NCBI RefSeq assembly: GCF_036321535.1
Contig: NC_087437.1
Location: 88,848,001-88,912,000, forward strand
DNA from: Camelus dromedarius
Taxonomy: Eukaryota
Direction of reading: 5' to 3'
Length of the DNA: 64,000 nt
The notes under the pieces were generated by a model. It did no database searches, was not told the origin of the DNA, and saw only the letters and a program-made list of their open reading frames with translations. Shown here piece by piece: positions 12,832 to 26,240 of this stretch (positions within the stretch are counted from its first letter, which is position 1; each line of letters begins with the position of its first letter). Both the position numbers and the translations under genes were made by a program.

Positions 12832-15800
12832 AACACACAGTATTAGCAGGTCAGGTTGGAGCGTGAACCCATGGGCCCACTGGGAAAAGATGCTGCCAGG
12901 GTTTGTCATTCTGCAAGGGGACACAACGCAGTAGACGTGGAAGGAGAAGAGGAAGTGTTATCCAGCTGACTTTGGTTTGGAGCCTTTTCTTGAGAAAGTA
13001 GAGTGGGTCCTAGACATTGAAGAAAAGCATTTTTGTTTATTTCTTCCCTCATCTGAGCCTTTGCCAACTGTGCGACTCTCTTATTTTTTGTCTTGCTTTT
13101 ATCAATACAAGGTTTAATTTTTGTTTCAGTTTGACTTTTTTTTTTCTTTTGGAACCAGTCCCCTTGCCAGGAAAAGATGAACCACAAAGAAAATGCTCTT
13201 TCAGGAATACAATTCTGTAGTTCTATGTGCATCTATTTTTGTAGAAATACAGAAAGTTTGACTTAGCATCGGTGGGCTATTTTGAGGGATGTGTTTTGTT
13301 TTTTTTTAATATTGTAAAAATTGTTAAGTTCTGTTTAAAGAACTAGCTCTCAGAGAAGCACTGGCAAAAATGTTTAAAATGCTTGTCTTTAAGATGTCTG
13401 TGATATGCTCTGTGCTTTCTAGGTTACCTCAAATGTTTGTTAGTTTCTCCTTTTTACAAAAGTAGCACCATAACCAAGCCAGTATAGTATTGTTTTACAT
13501 TAAATCTCAGAGAAGATTAAACTCCATGCTAGCTCACTTAGCTTTGAGGTGCATGTATGGCTTGAAAAGGAAGTTTTAAAATGACCACTCTAAAGAAAGC
13601 CTATTTCATTGCTTTGATTTCTCCCAAAGAGTACTTAGAAGTTGACTAGGAAGAAAGTTTGCATAAACTTTCAATTAGATGGAGCATTTTCCTTGAGTAT
13701 ATAACCCTCCCAGTCCATCCAACTTTGATAATTGGAAACAGAGTTTATATCCAACTACTGGAAAAATGCATTTAGCCATGCTACTTTTGAGTGCCAGTGA
13801 CTTCTTTTTCTCATTTATAATTATTCATTCATGGCAATTTTTGTCATATTTTAAGTGAATTTTTTTCCTGAAGATAGTTTGAAGGGAAAACATTTGGGAA
13901 AGTACTAGACACATCACAGAGCCTTTAATTCAATGGCTGTTTCTGAGAGTGTTACCCATCATTGTCAATTGAAAAATAATGTATTGCATATATAATATTT
14001 TAAACATAGGTTTTTGTAAGTCTTTGTTTAAATTTAGTTTTAGTTGATTTAATTCTTTTTAAGAAAAAAAATTGGGGGCAAAATAAATTTAAATTGGGAT
14101 TTATACTACAATTACTGAAAGTAGGTTAATGAATTGACAGTTTGCTATTTGAAATTTATTATTGAGAACTCAAGATTCAACTTGATATGGCCCTTAGGAT
14201 CTAAAGAAGAAGTTGAGATTGTCATTAAGTTGCTGTTATAAAAGATTAAGATTATAAAAATAGCAGTTATTGGTATTTTAAGGACTTTCAATGCAAAATC
14301 TGGTCTTTCAGCTGTTTCCAGAGATGGGTCATGTTAAAAATGTAGTGTTTTATAGAAGTTTTAGTTTGGTTAAAAAAGAAAGTTTCTATATTTTTTCCCA
14401 TCCCCGTCCTCACCCATGTGAAATACAGTGTTTAGTGAATCACCATCTTCTATCTTAAATTGCATATCTCATGTGTGTGAACATTTTAGATATTAAGAAC
14501 AAAACAATCTCTGCTTGACTATGCAGAGTTCTCACAGATACTTTTCAGATATTTCCCTTAACTCTATTTTTTATGCATAAGCCTTCTTTCCTGGTGCATC
14601 CTAAGAGTTACAAACCTACATACTCTGCTGTATTGTCATCACCACTTTGCTTCTTCTTAACCAGACTCCCCTTAACACAGTATACACATTTTTATCTAAT
14701 GCGAGGTCCAAACTTAAGGTATCTTTCACTTACTTATGATATGAACTTAGATTTCTAGAGAGTGGCTTGGTTAAATTATCTACATTTTGATCTGCAATTT
14801 GATTTGATACAATTGTTTGTAATTTGCCCCAATCTATGGAGCACTGAGTTGAATGACTCTATGAAGTTGGTTTGATTTTGTGTCTGCCTGAATTTTCAAA
14901 GACAGGTGTTCAGTAGCTCCCATGGAACGACTCACTAGGGATTATTTCCCCTCTCTTCCTTTGGAAGCTCTCAAGTTCCTTTGTAGTTCCTCTTAGAACA
15001 GTGTTGTACTCCATCTCATTCAGATCATTCAATTGGATTTTCCCAGTTAAGAGGAGAAAAGCATTAACTTTGTTCCTTCCTTACTCTCCACTGAATTGAA
15101 CTGAAGGAAAGAGAGCAGACCCTGAATTTAGATTCTGCCCTGTGTCACTACTGGTAAGTATATGCTGAAACATTCCTTGGCTCTGGAGGCCCAAGAAAAG
15201 TTGGGGACCTGGGTTCTGCTGTACACAGGAGAGATCTGTAAGTGAATCCCCCATGGAGAACAGGCCCAGGTGTTGTTGGCACATTGCAAGGATCAGATCC
15301 TTGCATATACAAGGAGTGGATCAAAATCTCAGTAAAAATGAATGAGTGCTTGTCTGTATAATTGTCTGGCATCCCAATGTTAAGATCGTATTACCCTTAC
15401 CACCAGAAGTCATGAAAGAGGATGAGTTGTAATTTAGCATGATATTCTGAACTGAAGTTTAAAATGCTACCACTCTCTGGGTCTGGTTTTCTCATATCAA
15501 AATGATGTTATTCAACTTGGAGGCTTCCAGACTGCTTTATTTGAGGGCTACCATCTCCCTCCCCAGTTTCATTTGGAACCACTCCACCTTCGGTTATTCT
15601 ACAAGTCAGACTTTATTCAAGGTTTCTAAAGATCTGTGAGGGAGCTAGACCCTAGAAAATCATCTCATTTATTTGACATCTAATCTATGCTTTGACCAAT
15701 AAATTATCATGAGCTAAGAAACAACAAGATAATGACAAATTCGTTCCTAACAGCTTATTTGGTTCCTCATTGTTTATTTGAAAAGCAGCTCTAAATGTTT

Positions 15801-18730
15801 AAAAACCAATGTTTCTTCTTAAGAAGGTTAACCATCCTTCCTAACCTTCCCCTTTAATTTTTCTCCTTTCTTTTTCCTTTTAAGATTATTTACATTATTA
15901 TTTTGAGCAAATGGGGCAGGATCATTCTACATATCGCAAATGAGAACAAATGAATTGCAAATAATCGAGGAATTAGTTTCTTTAATGTTATAACATACTT
16001 TAAAAGAAAAAACAAATTCTAGGCACCAGCATAAAACATGTCTTTGAGGAAGTTGTTATTCATTATGCAAATAGCAATCAGAGACTATGTTTCAAGAGAC
16101 TGTGTTCTATCCTTGAGTGTCTCTTGGTTACCTTATGTTTGCCAAATTAAGTCACTGGGGCAGTGGCACTAAGTGATGGGAAAGGAAAGTATTTATGTTA
16201 GAGCGCTGACGGCTGGGTGCATAGAGAGGCAGAATGAATTAATGGAAAAGAACATCGGCTTGGACATTAGGTCATTTTCTGAACTCTGGCTTAGTCACAA
16301 TTAGATGTATGTTCTGGGGCTTCATTTATCTCATGAGTATGGTAGGATAATAATACCTAACTGGCAGGCTGGGAAGGTTGGAAATCATATATATAGATGC
16401 TCAATCATCTGGCTCATAGTAGGTGTTCAATAAATGACAGATGCCACATTTATCTCTCAACTGAGAAGTAGATCATAAAATTGAACTCCCAAACATCCCT
16501 TCTTTTTATTTTCCATACCCATTTCTGCAGCAATCCAATAGATATATGACTGTGCTTTTCTGCAAGAAATTGTTACAAGAGAAACTTTGCCTTCTACTAT
16601 GTGTAGAAGATCAAATGTAAATTTCTTAATTATCTCTGATATTTTAGTGTGCTGTTGATGAAGGAAAGTAAATTATGGTATGTAGGTCCAACTCCTAGTT
16701 TTCTTACATATTCTAAAATTTATTCACCCAGGCCCCTGTGTATTATTTTTTCTCCAAAATTAAAGCAAAAGTTTCATGAAATCACCATAGTTTTAATTTT
16801 TTTAGTTATATTTTGGGCTTCTTAGCACCTCAAATGAAAACATCTCTTTTGAAGTTATCCTATTTTTTTAACTTGCTTTGGAGGAAAAATTGCAAAATAT
16901 TGTGGAAAAAAATTTTCCGCATGAAAAGGGGAGGAAAAAAAAAAACCTTTACAATCTCAGTCAGCAGATTTATTCTACTTGAGAAAAAAAGAAACAACTT
17001 CATTGGAAGCAGATGTTGACACTGTGTCAGTTACTGAAGATGGAACGGGTTCACTTGAGCCATTGTGGTTACAAAGGGGTATTGATGGCTGTTAGAATTC
17101 CTGTGATTGATCACTGCCAGGGCAGACAGAAGGATAGCCGAAAAGCTGAAACTGTAGGAAACCAAGACTGAAATCAGTCTGCCAATTGTAATGTACAGGA
17201 ACCTAAGGACTCAGGTTTTCTTTTTCTTTTATTTTTCCCTCCAAGATGAAAGACACATCTTTCAGAAAATTTAAGGCTGATTGGAGAGAGCAGTTAAAAT
17301 GTTTTCTCTAAACACATGGCCCAAAAGCCCTTTAAATCTATTATTAAAGTATTAAACTATTATGTAAATCATTTTAGAAAAATCAGGTTAAAAATTTAGT
17401 TCAATAATGTTGAAGAAGACTGTGTAGACACTCAAAAGTGGAAGTCTCTGGAGAGTAGGGCAGGGGTGAGGCTTGCAAGTGAACCTCAGTCCCAGTAGCT
17501 TCAAAATGTTAATTAACTGGTAACTTGTTCATGGAGATTTGTCACAGGGCAGACTTTCAGAATTTTTCAGTACGTTATTTTCCTTTTAGTGCTCTCTGGG
17601 AATTTCACCCTCTACACTTTCCCAAAGTATAGAAATAATCATTATAATTAAAATATCTTAATTGCCTTACTTTTCTTACTGTCCATTGTACTTTTTTTTG
17701 TTTGTTTGAAAAATATTTTTATAGTTTCAAGTAATTGATCAATCTAGTGTTCTCTTGAAATCACATTTGATCCCATAAAATTGTCCCAATCTTGTAGAGT
17801 TTCAAGAAATGCTAATTGAGTGTAATTTACCAATTCTATTGTGTAAATAAACAACGACCCCTTCTAGAAAATGGCGGGTCATCAGCAATTCGCTTCCTTT
17901 TTAAGGATTTTTGGACTACTAAATTTTGACCTAAGAATAACTCTTTTAGAATGCAAGATTCTTTAATTAGTGTCTTTGGTATACGCATAAGATGTGAACT
18001 TTTCTAATGATATCTCTTTATACTAATAGAGATGTACATTTTTTCCTATGCTGTGGCTCGGGCAAAATTTAATAACAATGATTTACACACTTGATTTAAT
18101 TTCTTAGACTGTTTACAATCTTGGGTATTGTATCTGATTTAAAAATACTATTCCATACATTTTTCTGGGTATACAATATAGGGAAGGGTTTTCATGTAAA
18201 TTCTTTGTATTGTTTTAAAGTGCACATATTAAATGGGAAAACATGCGTTCAGTTTGTTTTCATCATTTAAATCTAGATAAGGTGAAAAGCTTTTATAAAA
18301 AAATACATAGCATGGTGAGCTTTCTATTTGTCACTTGATTAAGTAAACTGAGAACTAATAATAGAAGTATTATCTTACAACTTTGAAATACAAAAAGATT
18401 CAGATTCATTAGTTTTATGAGCAATTATATGCCATCTTAATTTTACATGTCCGGAAAGAGAAATGAACTAATCTTAGCTATGTTAACATTTTTAATTTAC
18501 CAAAAGTATGTAATTCATAACACTTTTGGCTTTACAAGCTTGTTATAAAAATCATGTATTTTTTGTTGTTTTTCATGGGCTTGGAGGAAGGGACATTTTC
18601 ATATTTCCAGTCACTTCAAAGGCAGGTCTCATAGCTATGTGTTGATGATATAAGATGATGGAGGACTTTGTAATAAAAACAAATATCTTCAATTTGTTTA
18701 ATAAATAACTTAATGTAAACTTAATGTTTA
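12832..18730 (+). other. VGLL3: VGLL3 3' UTR (3' end uncertain; may extend to about 21.9 kb)
   Basis: Follows the TGA stop and is U-rich. No young insertions were recognised, only MIR/L2-type relics. AATAAA occurs at 14082, 15698, 17846, 18672, 18700, 20891 and 21907, among others. Human VGLL3 has a multi-kb 3' UTR (recalled). Confidence 0.6.
16235..16440 (+). mobile_element. MIR SINE relic within the presumptive 3' UTR
   Basis: 'ggataataatacctaactggcagg...tggctcatagtaggtgttcaataaatg'. Confidence 0.7.
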
Positions 18731-19336
18731 TATTTTAATGTAGCAATTTGGTTTTGTCTGCACTTCTTGACAATTAACTAAAGCTCTCTGCTTTCTTCTT
18801 ACTCAATTAAGCAACTTACAACTATCTTTAGAAATCAAAATATCTTAGGTTTTTTTCAATGAGATTAATTTCTACAGCCAAAGGATTTACATGTTATAGT
18901 AACGAGTGTATGGTTATAAAGCAAGTGTTTATAATAGAAGACAAGTGAAAAGGGCTACAACAATTACACAGCAGCAGGAGGCTTGTGAATTTTTTAATAC
19001 AACACTTCTAAAGCTGTCAGTGGACCCTTTGGGAGAGGAGCATTTTGTCATTTTGCTTTTACATTTGTTAATACAGAACTTGCTGTAAGTAGGAAAAAGC
19101 AAAACTTTCCTAACAATTCATTTATATCGAAGGAGAGCACCTGGAAAGAAGTCCAAGACTTTACATCTTCAAGGGAAGCTAGAGGTTCCCTTCATGGGCT
19201 CGCTATCATCTTAGTAAGTGAATCTTTAATGTGAAAATACCAAGCCTGGAAATTAGTCCTTCAGTTAGTAGACCCTCCATCATTACAGGTGAAATAATAT
19301 GGCTTCTTAATTGTCTGTTATATTTAGACTAGACAA

Positions 19337-19804
19337 GTATTAACGTGTTTTCTATGGCTGCTATAAAAAGTTACCGCAATCTTAATGGCTTAAAACAACA
19401 TAAATGTATTATCTTATGGCTCTGTAGGTCAAACATCCAGTATCGGACTCGGTGGGCAATAATCAGAGTGTCAGCTGCATTCCTTCTGGATGCTTTAATC
19501 TGTTTCTTCCCTGTTTCCAGCTTCTGGAGCCCTTGGCTAATGGCTTCTTTCCTCCAGCTCCAAAACCAGCAACTGCTGGTCAAGTCCTTTTCATACCATA
19601 TCACTCTGCCCTCTCTTCTGCCTCCCTCTTACATGTTTAAGGACCTTTGTGATTACATTGGTCCTACTTGGATAATCTAGGATATTTCCCCATGGCAAAG
19701 TTCCTAATTACATCTACAAAGTCTTTAAACATAAGGTAACATAGTCTCAGCTTCTGGGGGTTAGGAGGTGAACATTTTGGGGGGCCATTATTCGACCTAC
19801 CACA
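19337..19804 (-). mobile_element. MaLR solo LTR (MLT1C/D-like)
   Basis: Reverse complement of an MLT1. It begins 'gtatt...ttttctatggctgctataaaaagttacc...ggcttaaaacaaca' and ends 'ggggggccattattcgacctaccaca'. Confidence 0.9.
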
Positions 19805-22069
19805 ATTACAATTAGATTTCAGTATTTTTATTAGCCTTTTAATCTGAGAGGATTATTGTAACACTGGAACTAGAGGCATGTTCCACGTTTGCAATGGTCA
19901 TTTGTGTAGGATTCCTCTACATTCGTAAAAGAAATACTTGTTGCTACTTCAAACGTTTATGTGGTTATTAGAGTGTCTTGGAATCCAAAGGGTTACTTTG
20001 TATTTATGTCAGACAGGCACTCCGGGGGGTGGAGAGCAAGACATCTGGTGGGGATTCTTACTAGCTGAAGTGTGTTTCCTCTGGGGACAGTCAACTACCA
20101 TTTAATTGTTTTGCTTCCTTTTTTGGGAATACATGCCCATTCTCTGATGTCCTCAGACTTCAGTCATCTCATTTGACCTGCTCCTACCCATTTGACTCAA
20201 TATCTGTACATGACTACACTGACGTCGTAAAGCTTTTTCATTTCTGTCCAGATTGAATCGTTACATCTGTTATCAGTTAAGCAGTGGAAAACCTGTTACG
20301 GAAAGCAAACTTGTTTTGATATATTTAATGTGTAAAGTAGGAACCTAGACTCTGGGATGCTGTTGATCAATAAATGAGCTTGGCTCTCTTAGAAGTAACA
20401 CATAAGCCCCACTGTTTTACTTGCCCTCCCCAGTTTGGCTGTGGCTGAATGAAGAACCCCAGTCTTGATCTTTGCTTTGCACTTGTACAAGAGACTATTT
20501 GCAGAGAGCCAAATATAGAAACAGAGGATTTAATATCTTGCCAAAAAATACAAAATCTGTTCCCCTGTAAGCATGACACTCTATCCTTTTCTTGTGGATC
20601 TTGCTAAAAGGAAAATGTAGCTTTAAACTACCCCATTCCTTCTGCTGGAAATTCGCTGACCTATTTCAAATGGGCTATGTGCAGTTGCGTGGAGTTTTAT
20701 GTTTCCAAAAGAAAATGGATATAGGAGAAATCCATCCAGTGTTATTATCATTTCTCTTACAAAAAACAACTCCTAAATCAAAGATGAGAGTCAACAGTAA
20801 TTAAGAAAATCACACTTTGGTGGCTTCAGGACTAGCCAGGGATTTCTGGGTGATGATTGGTGTTTCATCTGATATTGAATCAAAAGTAATAATAAAAACT
20901 TGGCTTCAACCAACCAGGTGCTTTCGTGGCCTTAGAACATGGTGTTTTACTCTGAATGTTGTCTGATGGGTAAATGTACCAGTCCCAATTTCTCTATAAT
21001 ATGGGGAATGACAGCAACTCTTCTGTCTCTTATGATTGTATATGCAGAATTTTGAAAACAGTTTTGCAAATATCACCAAGATGATAAGCTTTCCACAGTG
21101 ACAGCTTTACCAGACATCTCCGTGTGGGATTTTAAAACAAACACAAGGCTGTTTGGAAATACTTGGTATATGTAAATATGCAGAATATGCCGAACAGTCC
21201 TAACAGCTGCAGGGTATACCCCCTCATCCTCGAGCAGAATATTTTGGTGGCAGTCGTGGTTATTTTTTCCATCTTTGCTTGTCATTTTCTCCCTTAAGTC
21301 TCCACCCACTCACCATCCACTATCTCGGCTGAAAACACATACTTAACGCCTTTCCCCCATTCTTCCACACTGTTTTCAAGAGAATCATTTCAGTAGATTC
21401 CCACTGGAAAATGTGGGCGGTCCCTGGAAGGAATGTTTGAGTTGTGCTGTGTTGTAAAGGCTGTGCTTCGGAGAACTTGCTTGCACTTGCTCTAACACCA
21501 GCCTCGCACATAACCCAGACACTCCACAGGCCAGATTCCATTAAGGTTTGTCATTGCACTGGGAGAGGAAGTCCTGCTGAGAGTGGCCTTCCTGCCATGA
21601 AGATTCCAAAGATTAGACTAATCATTTTAAGTGTGTCTTATCATATTCTGTAACATCAAGGCACTCATCCGTTTATGAAAATAAGCATATGCCTTTCTGC
21701 CCAAAGCCAAAAAGGGAAGGAGGACTGAAGAGAAGTGAAAAATGAAAGTTATTTCTTGCAGGATTTTGACATGTTTGGAGAAGATAAGGCTGCAAATGTG
21801 AAACCAGAAACCCCAGGTCCCAGGACCGGTTCTACTGGAAATTTGTTGATATCATTTAGTCCCAAATTTCCTCCATTTCTACATCTGTCAGATGAAGTCC
21901 CAATGAAATAAAAGATGTAAACTACTTTGAGAAAACTAAAAGTAGATACGAAGAGATGGGAACTGATCTTTACTAAAAGTCCTCTTTGGACTGTGAACGT
22001 TATATGAATTTATCTCAAGGAATTCTCACAAATAGTAACATGTAGATAGCGTTATTTGGGAGCCGGTTA

Positions 22070-22430
22070 GCAATATAAAAAACTGGGGATTTAAGTTTTA
22101 GTGGTGCTACTTAGAAACTGTAAGTCCTTGGACAATTTTCTCAGCCACTTTAAATCAGTGGCTCCATTTACAAGATAAAGATATTTAATATGAACTACTA
22201 TATATAAAATAGACAACAATGTCCTATCGTATAGCATATGGGACTATATTTGATACCTTATAATAGCTTATAATGAAAAGGAATATGAAAAGGAATATAC
22301 ATAATATAACTGAACCACTATACTGTACACCAGAAACTAACACAACATTGTGAACTGATTGTACTTCAATTAAAAAAGATAGATTTAAACCAACTACTTA
22401 ATAGAGTTGTTATGAAGGCTAAAGTATATA
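22070..22430 (+). mobile_element. MIR interrupted by a young L1 3' end (about 22190-22377)
   Basis: The L1 tail 'actactatatataaaatagacaacaatgtcct...tgtacaccagaaactaacacaacattg...tacttcaattaaaaaa' sits between MIR-like halves. The flanks aagata..gatatttaa / aagatagatttaa are TSD-like. Confidence 0.75.
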
Positions 22431-23429
22431 AATCATTCACCACTGAGTAAATACTATGATTTTTAAATTAATCTTTTTTTCTTTTTTAGTAATTTGGGTA
22501 ATTGAGGAAATCTTCAGGTAAGTCCTGCAAGTAACAGAGCTAGGATTCAACCCCCCCGAAAAGAATCTTAGTACACCACGCTACCCACCCCCTTAGAGTT
22601 TTTGCTATTGTCACATGTGAATGTATTTGCTGTGAGCATACTTTAATAATTTCTTAGCCAACTGGAGTAAAAGAGACAGTAGGAGGAACCAAAAATGGCC
22701 AGAAAAGGGGAGGATTTTTAGAAGAGTGAACAAAAGTAATGTGGCTTTCATGAGCCAAATAGAGTTCTGACAGATTTTTGCAATTGTAGAGCATTATTTG
22801 TAACATGGGGTTTCAGAATCAATTCATGCAACATATTCTGGTCTGGAGGATCATTGTTATTTTTCCACTCAGGTCAACCTCAAATCTCATTAAAATAGTG
22901 AATAATGGGTTGGAAGAGTTATAACTTCTTTCCATTGACATCTTACTGTAATTTTCATCTGAAAATGTCAACTCACTAAATCTCTTTAGGGATGTGCTGT
23001 TAGTTCCTCTGCTAAAAGAATCAGTGTTACATTTTGTCCTGATTTTTTGAATAATTAAGGTAATGTTTGTGAAGTATTCTCATTTCTCACAGTCTGAGGG
23101 TGTGTTGGGTCAGGATTAAAGGTGATAAAATAAATCATTTAAAAACACACAATATCTTAATTTGCAGGTTCTCTGTCAGAAAGCTCAGAAGGTGCAAGAA
23201 GATTTGGTTTTGATCTTACTCTAACTGTTAGTTTTTTGATGTGGGAAAAAGCGCTCTTATTAGTAAAAAAGATGTGGTAATCCTCACATTATAATCCATA
23301 TAGATATGTGGATTAAATGAGATAATGCACAAAAATGCCTATTAAATGCTAGACTTCTTAAGAAGTGTACAATTTCAAGTATCAATTACTAATGGCCTCA
23401 ATTAAATAGGCATTTGTAACAAGAAACTT

Positions 23430-23610
23430 TTACAAAAGTCATCCCAATTGAATCCTTTCCAAGGTGATTTGTTTAATTCCCATGTTACAGATGAGATAAC
23501 TGAGTTGTAGAGATTTTAGATTGCTTGACCAAAGCAGAATTAGGACTGAATGCTCAGTCTGTGTAACTTCAAAGGTCATGTCTTTTCCACTGAGCCAGTT
23601 TGCCTCTCAG
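23430..23610 (-). mobile_element. MIR SINE
   Basis: 'cccatgttacagatgagataactgag...acttcaaaggtcatgtcttttccact' is a reverse-strand MIR core. Confidence 0.75.
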
Positions 23611-23950
23611 TCTACTAAAACATGAATATTGAGTGCCTACTCTTTGCTCACATTCACATACAAAATGTAAGAGTATAAATAGTATAAATGCCCTCCTCTG
23701 GGTGATTGGATGCCCGCCTTCTAAACTGCTTATAATGCAAATTCGCTGTGCTCCCTGAACTAAATTACTGGGCAGCTAATTTCATGACTGAGATATCATG
23801 ATGAGTAGTTGAAAAATCTAGTCCAATGTCTGCATCAGAAATCAGATTATCATAAACTTATGGAAGAGGAAGATAATCCCCATTTTCTTCTTCTTCCAAA
23901 TTCCGTAATAACAGAGCAGGAGAATTCTCCCTATTCCCAGAACCCTGGAA

Positions 23951-23952
<2 letters not shown>

Positions 23953-23994
<42 letters not shown>
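23953..23994. repeat. (TG)21 microsatellite
   Basis: Uninterrupted TG run. Confidence 0.97.
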
Positions 23995-23997
<3 letters not shown>

Positions 23998-24560
23998 AAC
24001 ATACAATATTTTTTTTCTTTTCATTTAGTTTTTCTACAGGGTCAACTATATATGCTAAGAAAACTAATACAAGTAAAACAAAGTAGTGATTTCAATCCCT
24101 ACTTTGATTGCAGTCTTGAAGTCATGTATGTGTTAAATCCTTTTCCCTTGACAATGGACAGTGGACATTGTGTCTGTGCTGACTGTTTGAAACAGATCAA
24201 ACGACCTTCCTCTTAGGCAGTGCACATTCATAAAAACAAGTCTTAGAAATGCCAGCTTTTTCATGGAAATGTTCTTTGATGCAAACTTGCTCCTCGCTCT
24301 TTGAGATACATACATCTGGGCCTGTGACGCTTCTGAACTTGTCTGTTTCCTGGCCCCATGTCGATCCCCATAGACTTGTCAACAGAATTCAACTTCTCTG
24401 ATGTTGATCCATTGATTGCACGTCTCAGAAGAGGTTTTCACCTGTTTTGACTTCGGTTGCTCATTATAGGCCTTTCCTGCCCCAGCCCTGCTGAGCTCTG
24501 GCTCCTGGAATGAGGCATGATCAGGCTTCCCTGAAGCTTATTTCTGGAAAGTTAATCACC

Positions 24561-25291
24561 CAGGGACTGATCTGTGATTCGTGGGGCCTGAAACATACAA
24601 GTTGTGGGGAGGGAGGGCTTTTTAAGGAAAAGAATACGAAACGAATACTAAATTCTGTATGAAAGTGAATATGTGTTTAGAATGAGAAACACAACTGACA
24701 AATTTTGAAATTGTGATGCATACCATAAACACCAAATTTAGAAAAACCATGTAATTTGTATTAACTACCTGCTTAAGATGCAAGCATGGTATAACGTAGT
24801 ACTCTTCAAACAACTTGGTTTTATCGTCCCGTTTCAAACACGTTCCTTTTCCAGTACCTTCTTATACTTGGTAACAGAACCTTCATAGGACCTGCCCATA
24901 GCGTAATATACTCCCAGCTCCTTTTGAAAGGGCGCGGACAGGGGCTGGAGCGTTCCTAGAAGCCATCCACACATTGGGATATGATGACTTACCTATACCC
25001 GGCAGGGTATGACAATGGTGTAAATACATCCCACTGAATCCAAGTCCAAACAGTAGGTGGCTACCAGCTCAATTTTCCCTTAACTTGATCCCCACCACCC
25101 GACACAGGGAAAGTATGATGGGGACATCTGAGTGAAAAGGAGGATGCTCTTAAAGCATTGTGGCTAAAATAGCTTATTTTTGAAAAAATTTGCAAAAACA
25201 TATGTCAACATGAATGCTAGGATGCATCCCAGGGCTTTGGAAGGGGCTCTGAAGACTTCGCCTCATTGGCTTCAGGGCAAATCTCTCTCAG
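24561..25291 (+). mobile_element. hAT-Tip100 DNA transposon fossil (Arthur1-like)
   Basis: The 5' end 'cagggactgatctgtgattcgtggggcctgaaacatacaa...tttaaggaaaagaatac' and the 3' end 'ggaaggggctctgaag...ctcattggcttcagggcaaatctctctc' resemble Arthur1 termini as recalled. Confidence 0.7.
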
Positions 25292-25907
25292 CACACGCCA
25301 CTCAGATATGTCCCCCACAGTAAAAGGGGAAATCTGACTTACAAGAACACTGCTGTGTGGCTTTGCATTTTTTTCAGTTATAATCTCCCTTATTACTTAG
25401 CATGTATCACAGCTTCCTTTGTGTATCATTAAACAGACATTCATGGCCTCATTTACAAAGGCTTCTCTCCATTCCCAGCATAAAATATGAATCCATCCTC
25501 TGCTGCAGTTTATCTTTAGTTTATTTTCAAGCACAGCTGTGATGTCAACACCTTCGCACCTCCAGTCTCCTGGGGACAGAGGCTCTGCTCACCTGTGGGC
25601 AGGGGGTCACACCATGGATCTTCCTGTGACTCAAGTGGGCCCTGAGGAGACAGGGGGCTAAAGGACTTGAGGACAAAGGGTAACTTTGGGGAGAATTCTG
25701 AGGGCAACCCTTCACACAACCCTGAAGCCACCACATAGTTCTCTCCACGCCTGCAGCATGTGCCCTAGACAACAACACAGCCACACCAATTCCAGGATAA
25801 GCTCTGAAACCAGGAGCTGGCCAAGGGACACCATGGTTCTAGATGTTCCCTTCCCAAACCTTCACACCATGCAGAGGACTCAGGTGTGCCAGGCGTGACA
25901 TCTCTAG

Positions 25908-26240
25908 CTCAGTGCTACTGAAATCGGGTCCGGGAGAGCCACACCAGCAACAGCAAGAAACTTGTTAAAGATGCCATGACATGGACCCCACTGCAAACCT
26001 GCAGAATTGTAGCCTCTTAGAGGGGGGTGCTGAGCCTCAAGGGACCTGTGGGCACTTTAAAGCTTCAGGAGAAATGTGTAGCTAAGTGGTTCCCATCAGG
26101 TTTTCCATTAGGATCACCTGGTGAGAATTAACAACAAACATCACCTGTGCCCTCCCCTCAGCGTCTGTCTTTGATGTAGGTGGAAGCGTCAATGATATTT
26201 TAATTAAGTGCCCCAGGTGATTCTAAGGTGCGGCTAGGAG
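25908..26240. mobile_element. Two adjacent MER5-like hAT-Charlie fossils
   Basis: 'cagtgctactgaaa...gaaacttgttaaagatgc' and 'agtggttccc...ggatcacctgg...gccccaggtgattctaaggtgc'. Confidence 0.65.

Noticed and set aside
12906..13232. 108-aa antisense ORF overlapping the VGLL3 3' UTR
   Set aside because: Its Lys-rich content comes from U-tracts of the UTR, it crosses a homopolymer, and it has no recognisable homology.
23809..24216. Longest ORF in the track (135 aa)
   Set aside because: It runs through a (TG)21 microsatellite (CVCVCV), has a non-ATG start and shows no recognisable homology.
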